From positions 10,292,001 through 10,356,000 of the forward strand of contig JAYWIR010000001.1 of assembly GCA_036172245.1 (NCBI GenBank): a stretch of DNA of 64,000 nucleotides, given 5' to 3'. Within the stretch, counting starts at the first letter, position 1; each line of letters starts with the position of its first letter. Position numbers and translations under genes: made by a program. Source of the DNA: Raillietiella orientalis. Taxonomy: Eukaryota. Positions 34,346-47,088 of this stretch are shown here, one piece after another. Under the pieces are notes generated by a model. The model saw nothing but the letters and a program-made list of their open reading frames with translations. It ran no database searches and was not told the DNA's origin.

Positions 34346-36989
34346 GCGCTTTCTTCAGTGGTTTCTGTTTGTCGCTTTGTGCAGGCAGTCTTCTTGGGAA
34401 TTCTAATACCTTTCGTGTGGTTAATTGATTGGTTATCCACTTTTGGATGCGATGGGCTACAATGTTTTTGGCACGAAATCGTCAGGGGAGGAGATAGCAA
34501 GCAGGTTAACCTCCCCTGTGTTGGCCATGCCTGCGGATGAAGATGTTCCGTAAATTTCCCTGACGCTTTCTTCAGAAGCACTCTGATGATACCTCGTGAA
34601 AAGTTTATCTTTTTTTTCTTCACGTGAGGCGTAGTAACCGGAAACGTCATTCACATTGGCGGTCTTCTAATTTCTGTGTCTTCTTAGCTACCCCATAGGT
34701 TGTCAGCTAGGAGGCGAGTAAGTCCATCGTCCTACAATTCTCTTGGAACCATATGGATGTCTTTCAGAAGTGTTGGAATCCCGCGTTTTTACTTTGGTTT
34801 TAGCACCAAGCTAGTCAACACGATGGGTCACTCCAAGCTGAATTCAGTCACCGAGTCGGCCGGTTTTATCTTTACCGCACTTCGCTTTAAACAGAGTTCA
34901 CGTACAATCCTTCGAGTACGATTAAAATGTGCTCAGTTTAAAGGAAGCCGACTGGATGAGAAACTGGGATGGCGCCCATGCAAGTCACTCTAACTGGAAC
35001 AGGCGTCTGGGAAGCGAAACAAACAAACGAAGCATCGAAAGGAATCGAAAGTGGAAACGCGCAGAGGGACGTTGCGAAATGTCGCTGCAAAAAGCTGCAG
35101 TTGAATGCCCCAACCCAAATTATGGAATTCCTGCAACGAATTGAGGAATTTGGCTCAAAAGAAACGAGTTGCTGTTATTTGTTTTTTTCGTCGAAACCCC
35201 AGCTGGGCAAACACCAACTTCCGCTGCAGCCCAGGAACAAAAAGTTGAGCTCTTGATATTGCACGGTAAAGGTTAAGTCCTTTTCTTTGGGTGAAAGCTT
35301 TGCTTCCCCTTGGTTAAGGACCAAAAAAAAGTACCGGGGAGCAAGCGAGCCTTCCGTATGCAGGAAATCAATTTGAAGTGCCGAAATGTAAAGCCTCGAA
35401 GGTGGAACTGATGACAAGAGTACTCGTTATGGATAAGAACGCTCGAGCTGAGAAAAATCTTCAGCTGTTCCTCACACTGAATTCCTGCAGCAAAATTTCC
35501 TCATCTGTTAGCAATTGGGGGAAACATCCCTTGCAGTCCATACCTTCCCATTAGGAAAGAAATAAAGAAATGGAAATTTCATTAGGCACACGACACTTCC
35601 CGCTGAAGGCACAAACCAGTTTGCTCCCCGAGCACATTGGGGAACAACTGCATTAAAATTTTCAATAACGAGCTGGGTTCTTTATGCAAGGTCTTCCTTT
35701 TCCTGCTTGTGGACCCATCCACAGGGCAGAAGATTTTGCTTGGTGCATTTCGTTTGAACTCCTGAGAAAAAGAAGATCGCAAAGTTTGGTGTTGAACGTT
35801 GCATCCGGAGGTATGCTCTGAGGACTCGAGAGAATGCATTGCGATCCCTCTGTGTTTCACGAGGAAAGCAAACCGAAGCCTCCACGCCCAAGTACCATTC
35901 ACTGTGACAGAAAAGAGTCTCCGGTTGCAGTGAGCGAAAATTGAATTTCAATTACGATTTCATGATACTTGTCGCTGCTAGGTCGAACGATCCTCATTCC
36001 CCACGAATAGACATATTTGGGGTGGCTTTCCGAAATTCGTTTCTTAATTTCCTTCGCTCTTTGCTTGCTCTACGGGCGTTCTCTCCCCGAAGAATGATGA
36101 AGTAATGAGGACACGACCCACTGCCGTTAGATATTTGAGCCTATGATTTACGCATGCTGCTTACTTTGCTATCACGAAAAAATAAGACTCCGTTGGCATG
36201 TTAGTAGGAAGGTGCCCTGCTTTCTGGTACAAATCCGTTTTGCACCGTGCTCTCATCTCTTGTGCCTCGGAGTCATTCCTTGTGACCTTTGGAAAGAGGT
36301 GCCCATGGAATCGGAATGGAAAAATTAGAAACAAAAACAAGAAAACTTGGAATTTTTCTTTTGTTCCATGCCCTTTTGAAATCGCAAAGCCCACTGCCCT
36401 GAGCACTTTTTTGTGGACTTCATAAACGGGAGTTGCCTTCTGACTTGCGTTATCCTGATGGCGCTTCGTCAAAGGCACGCTTTTGCTGAGATTGGGAAAC
36501 GGAATGAAGTTAGGGCGATCGCATCCATTCAAAGCCTGCACAAAGATGCTTTCGGTTCCCGCAAGACTGATGCTGACGAAATCGGAAGATCCGAAAGTTC
36601 GGGCAACTATGGAAATGGCACAGAATGGAAGCTCCAGAACGCATCTGGTGTGAACCAATTGAAGCACTCTCCCATTTAAGAGCGCAAGCACACCAAGAGT
36701 GACTCCAGTTCTGATGACACTTTTCGCCTTTCCTCCAACCAAGAGGACTCAGTGGATGAATTGTAGTCGATTTTGAATTTCACTTTGCGGGAGCAGATAT
36801 CGCGGATAAGCAGAAACTGATTGATCAATATTGCAAAAGATCCAAAACATGCCTTTAGCACTAAACACGGTCTTCTATCATCATGGTCACTCTTGAGAGT
36901 ATTTTCTAAAGCAGTTGGAAAAGCAAGCTTCATTCAGAAGCAGTGTTTGGGGTACCAGAAAGGTTGCGACCATGAACTACTCGACTGTG

Positions 36990-37450
36990 TTCAAGAATTC
37001 GAAACCTCTTCGGCCAACTCCTCAAGCATCGTCTCCAGCTGCGGAGTACGTTTGGATGAAAAGTTCTAGAAAAAGAGAGCCTCAGGAAACCTCATAACGG
37101 ATGAGTAGGAGGGGGCGAGGAGAAGCATCTGCAGACAGTAGAAGTGTCAGTGGTGTGTACGAAGCACGCAGCGGAAGGGCCGTTGGCCGGAACGTGTGAC
37201 GCGTAACTCCCCGCTGATTAGGCGGAAGAAATGTCCACAAGAAATCATCCATCAGGGAACCCAGAGGTGCTATTCCATCTCTCGTGAGTGCCTTCTTAGC
37301 CATGTGCTGTCGGAGCAAAAGCTCTCGGAATTCGAATTTTCACCACTGGCAACGAGCACCCCATTCCTTTAGAAAGCATTCGAAACTGCCCCTGCACATT
37401 TATAAGAAAGGGTAATAGTTCCCTGATGAGGCACTCAGCATATTTTATGA
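36990..37450 (-). mobile_element. Decayed Ngaro/DIRS-like reverse-transcriptase fragment
   Basis: Minus strand, in order: LSA/RELLP, VQGQF, GMGCS (37353-37364; cf. LPMGCS), DGI..LGSLMDDFL (37238-37252; cf. YLDDFL), PTHPL*GFL (cf. P.T.L.FLG). Confidence 0.5.
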
Positions 37451-38059
37451 AGCTGTTGCGTGCTCGCAGAATATCTTATGTGATAGAGATTGACACAGTT
37501 TTCATTGTTTCATACACAGCTTCTTTGCAAGCTCTCCCTAGAAAGGGGAAGGGAGACGCGGAGATATTATCCTACAGACAAAGGAAATTCACCGTTGAAA
37601 ACGAATCCATGATTGCTGATGTTTAGCATCTTGTTTTTAGCACAGTAATGATTTTTTTTTTTTTGGTCTCGCATCCTTTAATATCGCATCATTCGCTGAT
37701 TTTATCGTGTGACCGGGATCTGGGAAAACTTTCATGCGCGTTTCATCGGTCAGACATAGTTGGTCGCTCTTTTGAGTGAAACTAGGAGACCCTCTACGGA
37801 TGCCTCGTTTCCATGCAAGCCACTGTGCTCCCGCCTCTTCTAAAACAAATTCAGGGAACGATTCTTGACTCATGCTCTGATGGGTTCTTTAAAGTAGGAT
37901 CCTAAATAGTGTAAGTGGATAGCAGCTGGGAAGCATTCGGGAGGATGAAACCCATCACTAGCAAAAAAGTCGAGCAGGGTGAAATTGGGCAGCTTCGTCC
38001 TTCTAGGTCTAGAGCGCTTGTGAGTGCACTGGGAACAGATGTGTAGATCATCTTTAGTC

Positions 38060-38850
38060 GGAGTCCACGTCGGATGCTTTGTGGTTAAGGCTTCCGCGTG
38101 TGGTACCACGAGTCGCGGTGGCGCTTCGAATACTCCGGCAGAAACTGATGCCACTGCGCCGAGTTTCTCCTGCAATGGCGCTGGTCGGCCGAGACATTCG
38201 GGCGTGGCACCGGTGGTCGTTTAAGCCAGAGGCCCCCGATGAAGGTCGGAACAATGGGAGTCGACTTTCGGGTCCTTCCAGGAATCAAGGAGTGGGGAGT
38301 TCCCCCTCCTGTCGTAGAAGAAGAGAGCGCACCCCCACACCGAGGGGACCCCTTTGGTTTCAAGATGAAGCAGGAGCCTTCACGGGCAGTTGTTCAAAGG
38401 AGCGGATCCCCCTGTTGCAGGCGGGACCCTCCGAGTCGCCTCCTCTCCAGAAGAGTGCAAGGAAGCAAGCGAGAGCGATCCCCCTGCGGAAAGCTACAGC
38501 GCCCCTTCGGGGTTCTCTTCAGAGGAGTGAACAGGAGCGGTTCCCTTGCGGGTTCCCTCCGGAGAAGAAATTCCTACTAGCGGATCCTTTCCGGATTCCC
38601 TTCGGAGAAGATGAAATGGAGAGGACCACTCCCCTTCCGGGGAGTCCCTCCGGAGAGAATGAGGAAGGAGATTCCTTTCTGGGTTCCCCTTCGGAGACAA
38701 CCAGGGTGGGAGGTGCTATCCCTTCCTCCCCAAACGTGAGAGTAACGGACTCCGAGCCTTTCTGGATTCATAGGGCGGACCCCCTTCCGGGGTGCCGCTC
38801 CTATCTTGAAGAATAGCACGCACCCTCCGCAGGTGGCGTGGAACAGCATC
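38060..38850 (+). repeat. Interspersed GC-rich repeat family, copy 2
   Basis: Collinear with copy 3, including the end motif CTATCTTGAA.AAT..CAC.CACCCTC...GGCGTGGAAC; contains an internal array with ~43-nt period at 38500-38700. Confidence 0.88.
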
Positions 38851-41096
38851 TCTCGCTTGTAGTCGATTCCCCAACGTCAAGATGGCGTGCAACCCAGACC
38901 AAGCAGTGCCATAGCATTCCATTGACATTTTGCTTCGTCTCGCAATATCAATGAAATGGTTTTACGCGCGCAGTTCTTGGACATTATATTATGATAAAAG
39001 TAGTGATAACATCGTTGTAATGTTCAAGAATTGTCCTCCCTTGCTCTGGGATTTCATCTGGCTAGTGCTTTTGCATCTCGAGATCCACAGATCCACAAAC
39101 TAGAATCTCTATGCACCTCATCCATACAGGTATAATTATTTGAGTAGAGAGTCCATATGGATTGGATGTTAATAAATAAGTGAAGTCAGTTGATCTCCAT
39201 GGGGACCAAGCTTTACTTGCCACAGTTTGGTGGCCGCAAAGAGGTTTTCGAGTGTTCAGCACGCGGTACATTTTTTTCATTCTCCGCCTCTCCCGAAAGT
39301 TAATTCCCAGGTTTCTTAACGGAGAAGGGTTCGCGTTCTCGGACTTTCCTAGAAGTACACAAAAAAGTCATCCTTTCCCCTTTTCGCTCCTGCAAAAATT
39401 CGAAGCAAAAAATTCAAAGTTACAGAGACCATCTGCACTTTGCCTCCCATCACCAGGATTCCGAAATTCTATTCCCCTAAGAATCGAGCGTCAGCGAATA
39501 GAGGCCTCTCACTCTCCATTCTCGTGGATGACTTTTGCTCCGAGAAGCCGTCAAATGACATAGTGACGACAGTCAGGTCACATGCCCCGGAAGGCAAGTT
39601 TCCAGTAGAACTGTACTGACCCCTAGAAAATCCTGTAAGCACGCCTGATTCTCACGCAAGAATTTCCATGATCTAAGACTCTGTCGCACCAAGCAACTTG
39701 TGTCCGCGTTAGTTCCGAATGGTTTTTGCAAGTACCGAAGTCTGGAAAACTGAAATATCCTTGAATTTTGCTCAAGTTCGAGGACCCAGTGAGTTAGGTG
39801 GAGTTGTGATTGAAGAGATTTACGTGTCCGTCACCATTTCCGGAGTTCTGGATATTCCACCTTCCTCGAATTTCCTAATCGTGTTCTCCTTGACAATGGA
39901 CCCTTCACCATGTAAAGAGAAATGAATGTATAAGCGGACGTCGTGCTTTTCTTTCTGGATGGATGCTTTTTTTCTCCTTGACGCCTGTGACGGGAGCAGG
40001 AGTCACTTTCCATTGCAGCTCTAAATACAAAAGTAATGATCGTGATGAAAGTTTAGTTGGCTTTTCATTAAGTGGAAGTCGGTGCGAATTAATCGAGAGG
40101 AGTACCTCAGCACCGCGGTACTGTGGGCCCATTGATCATTCAGAGGCTGATTCGCCAAGGTTTCATTTTCTCCGCTGAATTTCTCTACAGAAGCAGGACC
40201 AGAAATCAAACTGCCCGTTTTCTCGATCCCGCGAAGTGATGCTGCATATATAGATTTTGCGTGCGCACCTAAATGAAACATCCTCCTTTGATGTGATTTC
40301 ATTTTGTGGGTTTCCGGATCGTTAGGCTGGGATGCTGGCCGAGGAAAGATGGCACCGTAATCTCAAAGATTTTAGAGTGAAGGAACCAGTTTTTTCCCCA
40401 AAATAAAGACATTACCTACGATAAGCATAGATGTGATAATGGTACCAGTTGCAAAGTTTCACGCGTGAGGACGGAACGAGGAACGAAAATCACAAAAGCA
40501 ACAAAATTGAGGGATAGGAATCTCAGCAACGGACCAAAATGCAGATTTCTCACTAATTTCACATGGAATTGACGAAAGGAAAATCACGGGTCCGGTTCGG
40601 ATTTCCATATTCAGGAAAGTTCCGATCATTTCCGTGGTTTCTGCATGTCATTTCTGTCATTTTCGCCAGCTACATGAATGGAAATGCACCAATGAAAGCA
40701 TAAAAGACTTGAGAAGCGTTGACGACGAAGAAGAAAGCTACACAGTCATTTCGCAAGGATAAATCGATGGAATGAGCAATTAAGCATTGCACCATGCGTC
40801 TCCAAAGTACAGTCGCAGTTTGAATTGATCTGTTTGTGCTCCGCACTTTTGCTTCCTTGTACAAGTTAGTCTGGATTCTTCCTTACTTTCCAGTTCTTCT
40901 GATAAAAACAAATAGAAAAAAAAAAAACAAAGCCCATTTCAGTATACCCCTGTTGGCAATTTTTAGCAACGTGTTTATAATCCAAGGTAGCTAGGAAGCC
41001 TTCAAGCAGTGTCTCCTTCGACTTTGCTGGAAGGAAGCATTTTTTTTTGTAAGTGATCTGTGATCAGCAGAAAGTGTAATTCCTGTAAGCAAATAG

Positions 41097-41430
41097 CTCG
41101 GTCGTACCTCGGTATCCCACAGGTTCGGAACTCGCCAAATTCGCCGCATTTTGACGAGAAAGCGTGTTTCGGCACTCGGCTCCCGCTCGGAACTCGACAC
41201 TCCACCATCACGATGAAACGAATGAACGCTTTCGGTCCCATGGTGGCTCGCGAACAGTGCCGAGAACTTCCACAGAGTGCCTCCTGAATCGCTCCTTTCT
41301 TTGTGCTTTCTGTACATTCCAAGAGTTAATCACGGATCTTAAAATCGTTAAATTAAAATTCGCTCGGTACTCGTCGGTTTCGACACTCGTCACGAGCTCC
41401 GGAACAAATTACCGACGAGTGCCGAGGTAC
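41097..41430. repeat. MITE-like segment with repeated YTCGGNACTCG motifs and a 16-bp hairpin
   Basis: Motif copies at 41124, 41168, 41186, 41363 and 41379, inverted at 41416. Imperfect inverted ends GTACCTCGG (41104) and CCGAGGTAC (41422-41430). Confidence 0.5.
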
Positions 41431-42349
41431 CACTGGATGTTATACCACGTGCAAGAGGAAATATATTACAGCATCCTAGAATCCATGATAGGCAATCCAA
41501 CAAGAAAGCAAACATTCCAGCTGGCCAGCACTTCTCGAGACAGGAGTGTCACGGATGCTAGGGATGAATCATTTATCTTTTTTTTTTTTCAAGTGTGAAT
41601 TTATGTCAATTGGGATTATTTATTCAAGGAAAAAAAGTAGTTAATAAGGAGGCAACTGATGTTCGATGATTTGTTTAGGTGATTAGAATAGTTTCAAGGG
41701 CACTAACAAAGTTAAGGATCAGGATGCCATTGCCTCATCTGCGAAAAAAGTGCTCTCGAGCATTATTATACCATCTGTCCTCGTAGACAAGAGGACTCAA
41801 AGAAGTCATGACATCCATGAACCTATCTATAGATGTCACGACCTCTCTGAATCCTCCAGACCGAAGCTTATTTTAAGAATGCCGCAAGACGAGGGTACTG
41901 CTTGACTTGCCTCTGGCACAATGGTTCTGAGATACCTCAAGCGTTCTTGACCTATATGAGAAATGTCAAATGCTATTGGGGTTAAGTCAGTTGCAATTAG
42001 GAGTGGTTATGGTCACACTTAGCGAGTTGATAGAACGGAGCAACATCGCAATATGCTCGAGGCATTTCGTTTCGAACATCTTCTCCATCTGCTCGTACGT
42101 GAGGGACCCAGAAGTAGCGTTGAATCGCACTGCCCTGCAATTCATCGTCTTAGGAAGAAATGATCAGTAAATCGGGCAGGCTATCTGGATGGAGCGATGC
42201 AGCTGTATCTGTCTGCAAGGGGGATTTCAAGCCTTGCAATTCCTTGGAGCAACGGATGAATGCATTTTTGAGCAATTTTTTTTCCGACTCCCCTCCCCTC
42301 CTTCCTCCCCAAAAGCGAAATTTTCAAAGACGCAGCGAAAAATCCAGGG

Positions 42350-42690
42350 CGAAGTTTTTCCGAGTGCACCCGAGCTTCGAGAGCTAAGACGCCAGGGGTG
42401 CCAGCTCTCGTGAATGGAGGATTGCCCAGCGGGGACAGAAGCGTAGCAACGCGGACATGGTGAAATCGACACCCTTTTCGGCCCCGTTCGAGAAACACGA
42501 CACGGATCTGAGGCGCAAGGCTGGACTCAAGCTGGTTTCCCTTGAAATTGGTCTCTTGCAAGCTCAAGAAGCCAGCCTCGGGCGAAGCTACAGCTGGAGG
42601 TTTGAGATCCGTGGACAAGGTTTCCCAAAACTGCTGCGTGCGTCCCTCGGAAGCTGCGAGAATTCTAGGAGATGCCTAGCAGTTTGGAAA
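42350..42690 (+). mobile_element. Decayed Ty3/Gypsy reverse-transcriptase fragment
   Basis: FSAPFEKH..LRRKAGLKL....LLQAQEASLG..S...KLLRASLGSCENSRRCL parallels Gypsy FS.TFEEH...LR.AGLKL..KC.F.Q.EV.YLG...KELRSFLG.C.YYRRFI. Confidence 0.6.
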
Positions 42691-45600
42691 GCCGCTGCAA
42701 TAGGAATCTAAGCTTGACCTCTGATTCGTGGTAGCAAGCATGCAGTTCTGAACATCACCTTGCAGCATCCTAGATGGATTTTAGAAAACTGCAACCAAAT
42801 TCCAGTATGGGATTGCAGGACGCAGAACGGCACACAAGGATCGATTTTTATCGGAAGAAGGCAGCGTAGAGCAGAGTAGTCGGGAAGCACTGACTCTGGT
42901 CAATGACTTTGGAATGCGGGGCCCTATTTCGCGCAAACGTGCAGATTTTCTGGAAGATGCTTTGATAGCATCCAAGAGCTGGAGGAGCTCTTAAAATCGA
43001 AAAAAGAAAAACAAAACCATTGCGACAAAACGGCATCCGTTTCAATTTCATCGCGTTCCACCAAAAAGAGCATAAAGAGGCTGTGTAAATGATGAGTTTT
43101 CTTGCTGGAACGGTTACCACGGCTACTATTAGTAGAAAACCTGTTCATTTATTAGAAAACCGGAAAATTTAATTTTCAAGCATCTGTTGTACTGGAAAGG
43201 AGATGATGGGAACGTGTAATTCTTACGCACCAACTGATGGGAAATGCCGTCATGATTTCTGGAGCTGGCATCACATTGAATTTGAAATGAGGAAGCCATG
43301 CCTTCAAAAAGAACAGGTAGCCCTACAGACGAAAAATGGCTGCTCCTCCGCCGGTTGGAAGTTCGAGAGACAACGACCATAGCAAAAAATTTAATGAGAT
43401 CGGATGCCGCAGAACAAACTGAGCTTCCAGAAGGCATCTTTTCGAAGATGCTCTTCGTGGAAGAAGATTCACTTCCTCTTCATGCTGCTGTTTGGACCAA
43501 CCACTCCTCAATCTAAATCCATGAAAATTATCAATGTCAGTTGTGCGAAGTTCATTTCAACCTGAATTTTGTTCGATTGATCCAATTATTACGGACGAAA
43601 GGATGAGGCCATGACTCCACCTTCGAGAAACAGATGAAACCGCACTTACCACTGATTTTGCAGCCTGTGGCTCATTTTGCGGAAGCAAGACGATCCGGAG
43701 GAACTCAGTTTCGGCATCTTGAAAGAGGATGACGTGATGTTGGTGTACGTAAAGTCTGCTAAAGAGATCCAGATTACATTTCTGACCGGGGGCATTCAAG
43801 AGTCAGCAAATGGGGCGCTAGGTGAAACGATGATGCAAACGCAGCCCACGAAAGGTCAAAGGGAATTCAGTTGAGCAATTCAGATACACCGAATTCTTTG
43901 AAGAAACAAAGGGACACTCAAAAAAGAAAAATGTGGAAAAAAGGATTCTTTGGTTTTAAGAAATTGTCACTTTTCTTGGAATAGGTGAGGGTGATTGAGA
44001 TGGGTTGCCATAAGATACCATCGATATTGCGGCGACAGCACAATGCTGGATTCACCTTTGCTCGTTTCATTTTGAAGAGATGATGCTCCGCTGGCACTAA
44101 GAAGATTACCGCCCTTTTTTGCTGAGCACTTGCAAGATATTTGTACCATTCACACGAAAGTGGTGCTGCCAGGGATGCGTGGGTAGGAAAAGAAATGATC
44201 AGACAACACTCACGGCATCCGATCCAGGAAATTGTCTCGTGCTTACAACAGTTGCTCTTCCCATAAAAGAATCTTCATTTCAAGTTCAAGTCATGACTGT
44301 CTTCGAATGGCAGTCACAAACGGATTTATCTCTATGGAAACTCAGGTCAACATTCCAAGATTAAAACTCACTGATATAAGCCGTCTGTTTATGATAACTT
44401 TTATTGTCTGATATTATTAAGCCTTATTAGCTTTGAACCCAATAATAATTTATCCAGCACCCCAATTTATTTGATCAGCATATCGCAAACACAAATCAGC
44501 ATCAACCAATAAGAAGTAAAAGACTGCACTAAAAGTCCGTGGCGCTGAAGTTCCAAGGCATTCTGGAATAGAGAGCATCGGATAATTCCGAAGACCTTGA
44601 GCATACGCGTTCCTGAATTCCTTCAACCTGATTCCGTTTTTCCCATTTTTTTTTTTTTTGGTTCATTTTTCGAGAGGTGCCAGAAACAGGTCGCAAGATC
44701 CGTGTTCCTTACCAGTCACGAAGGGCTTTAGGGGCCTTTTGAGCTCACCTGTACCACATCTCTGATTCAGACGCAATTTCAAAGACGTAGTCGACAGCTA
44801 TGAGCGACGAAATGTGGAAGTCCGGCTGGAATTCGAACGGTGTCGGCTGGCAAAAACCAACTGCACACTGGTGGGAGGAGTTGAAGAGTGCCGTTCCCTA
44901 TCTGTAGGTAATGAAAACAAATGGGTTCCATGCGTGCGTGCGTGTTTCACATTTATCTTCCGCCAATCTTTTTTATCCTCCGCGTTTTGTTTAATGAACG
45001 TCGAACATGAAAAATCAATGACGTCGAGATTTGGGAACACGAGCGGATTTCCTGGTCTGGCGTTGCGCATGGGTTTTTCAGCTGATTGATTTTAAAGAAC
45101 ATCCATCTTGCAAGCAAAAAAGATCGATCCGGCTGACCCAGCAGTCAAATACATCAGTTTCTCGATTGCCTCAGTGCTGTGCGTAGGGCCGAAGGTGTTC
45201 CTTCCTTCCGCGGAAACTGCACGCGAAGCGGGATAGCAGCCCTGGATGGCTCCCAGACAGACCGAGAGCCAAGCTAGTGGACAGACACCGCGTAGACATT
45301 ACACGCCTGCCAATGTCCGTCTTTCTCTGTTTAAAACCTTGCTCTTTCCGAGTGTGGCTGTTCCCATTTTCAATCGGAAAATCCAAGAAACAGCTCTTCG
45401 GCGACTTGACTAGGGGTGGAATTCAATCTGTGAAAATTTTCCCCATGCACTCTGCCGTCTGTGGCTCACTGGCTGCAACACTGAACAGCCCGCTTGGTTC
45501 ACGTTAGAGTGTTCAGCAAATTTTTGCACCAGGACGCCGGTGCCGCCTCCCAATGTCGGACCTAAGGGTGCGGATGCGACTCCGAATCAGATCAGATCAG

Positions 45601-46441
45601 GAAAGACGGCGAACCGCTGTTTCCTGCACAGTGGGGACCACCATTCCTTGAAAGCGCACTTGGCTCAACTACCCCCTGTGGGGTGCGGCGATCGGAAGGA
45701 GTATGGCGAGGAGGGTTCGATGCTTAGCATTTCTTGGGAATCCGTTTCGGAAAAAAGTATCCGAGGGGTTCCGTGGGAAACAGGGTCGCTACTTAGCTGC
45801 TGCATCAACATTTTTATGGAACGGCAAGAAAGAATGAAATTTTAATTAACTGATGAGATTTTCCAAGGAGGGTAGCCGAACTGAAGATAAAAGAAATGGA
45901 GGAAATGATGACAATACAAAGTTATGATTCTAATAAAGAGGGTCCTTTAGAAATCCTCCACGCAGTTTCCACGAATTTGGATCCTACGCTTCGTTTTCCT
46001 TGAGAGATCTTTCCGTTTTCTTCAGGAAATGCTTATGGCCCTTCTGAATATTTAAGGCAACAATAATGATGGGATGTTTTACAGGATAGGAGGAAGGCAA
46101 CGTCCATCGTTCTTCATCTTTCCGACTCCGCCTTGAGCTGGTAATGAAGTAACTTACAGGGATTTGTGGAATGAGTTCCGTCTTTCTGTGACGAACTGAC
46201 TTAGGATTGTCCACTCTAAAGTCCCCAGTCCAATTAGTTAAGGTCCTCAGTTTACACAGCGCTTTCACGACATCTGGACCACCTTCTGTATCAGTTTGCG
46301 TGTGTATTGTTTTTTCGTTTCCGGTCGAATAAGATGTGTTCTTTCAAGAAAATAAGCATTTAAGGATGACTGAGACTGTCGACTTTATTTTGAGAAGGAA
46401 GAAAGTATGATTTTTTTTTCTGTGTGTGTTTTGTTTCGCAG

Positions 46442-47088
46442 GATTTCTGTTTAAACGAGCAATTCTGATGAGCGGCTCTTCCTACGCACCGTGGGCATTG
46501 GTGAAAAACCCATACGAGATGGCTAACCGCCTCTGTAATGACCTTCAGTGCTTGAAACCCTTCGAGAACACGATAAACGTAGGATGCTTGAAAGAAAAAC
46601 CTATCAAACATCTGATCAAAGCAATGGGAGATTCAAATGCCTACACGTACTCCTTTGGACCCAGCGCTGATGATGTGATAATCTCTCAAGATGCTGCCAA
46701 AAGTGATGATGACGTCAACCAAAACGCATACAGCACGTACGACGTGATGTATGGTTCGACCACAGCGGATGCTGCCCACATGTTCTCATCTAATGATATC
46801 GCTCTCGGCTTCGATGTTTTCAGGAAAAGGCAGATTTTTCAAGATTTCATCACCAGCTGCTACAGCTACCATCAGAACGAAATATTCGCCACAATCATAA
46901 ACGAATATACCACCTGGGAAAGCTCTAAATGGCACCCAATCAGTGTCAGGGAAGAAACACTTGATGCTTTAACTGATGGGATGTTTTCATCTCCCGTAGT
47001 GCGTTTTGGTGACATCCATTCTAGTTTAAACCCGAAGTCATTCTTTTATGTGTTCGAATACCAGTCCACATTCGAGGACTACTCTCAG
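46442..47088 (+). CDS. Nlg: Neuroligin coding exon 4
   Basis: TTTTGTTTCGCAG acceptor; encodes (G)FLFKRAILMSGSSYAPWALV...YHQNEIFATIINEYTTWE...FYVFEYQSTFEDYSQ; donor CAG|GTAAGT; phase 1-0. Confidence 0.95.

Noticed and set aside
36572-36612. Hammerhead-ribozyme-like CTGACGA...GAAA...CTA
   Set aside because: Stem II lacks the closing G-C pair and stem I cannot form.
38500-38702. CRISPR array
   Set aside because: Cores are degenerate, spacers are short and shared between dispersed copies, the context is a eukaryotic intron, and there are no cas genes.
39000-39240. WSPWRSTDFT resembling Tc1/mariner WPPRSPDLTP
   Set aside because: The downstream DF.LWG motif is absent.
44390-44520. AT-rich stretch suggestive of a mitochondrial insertion
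   Set aside because: No recognisable mitochondrial protein or tRNA in the frames examined.
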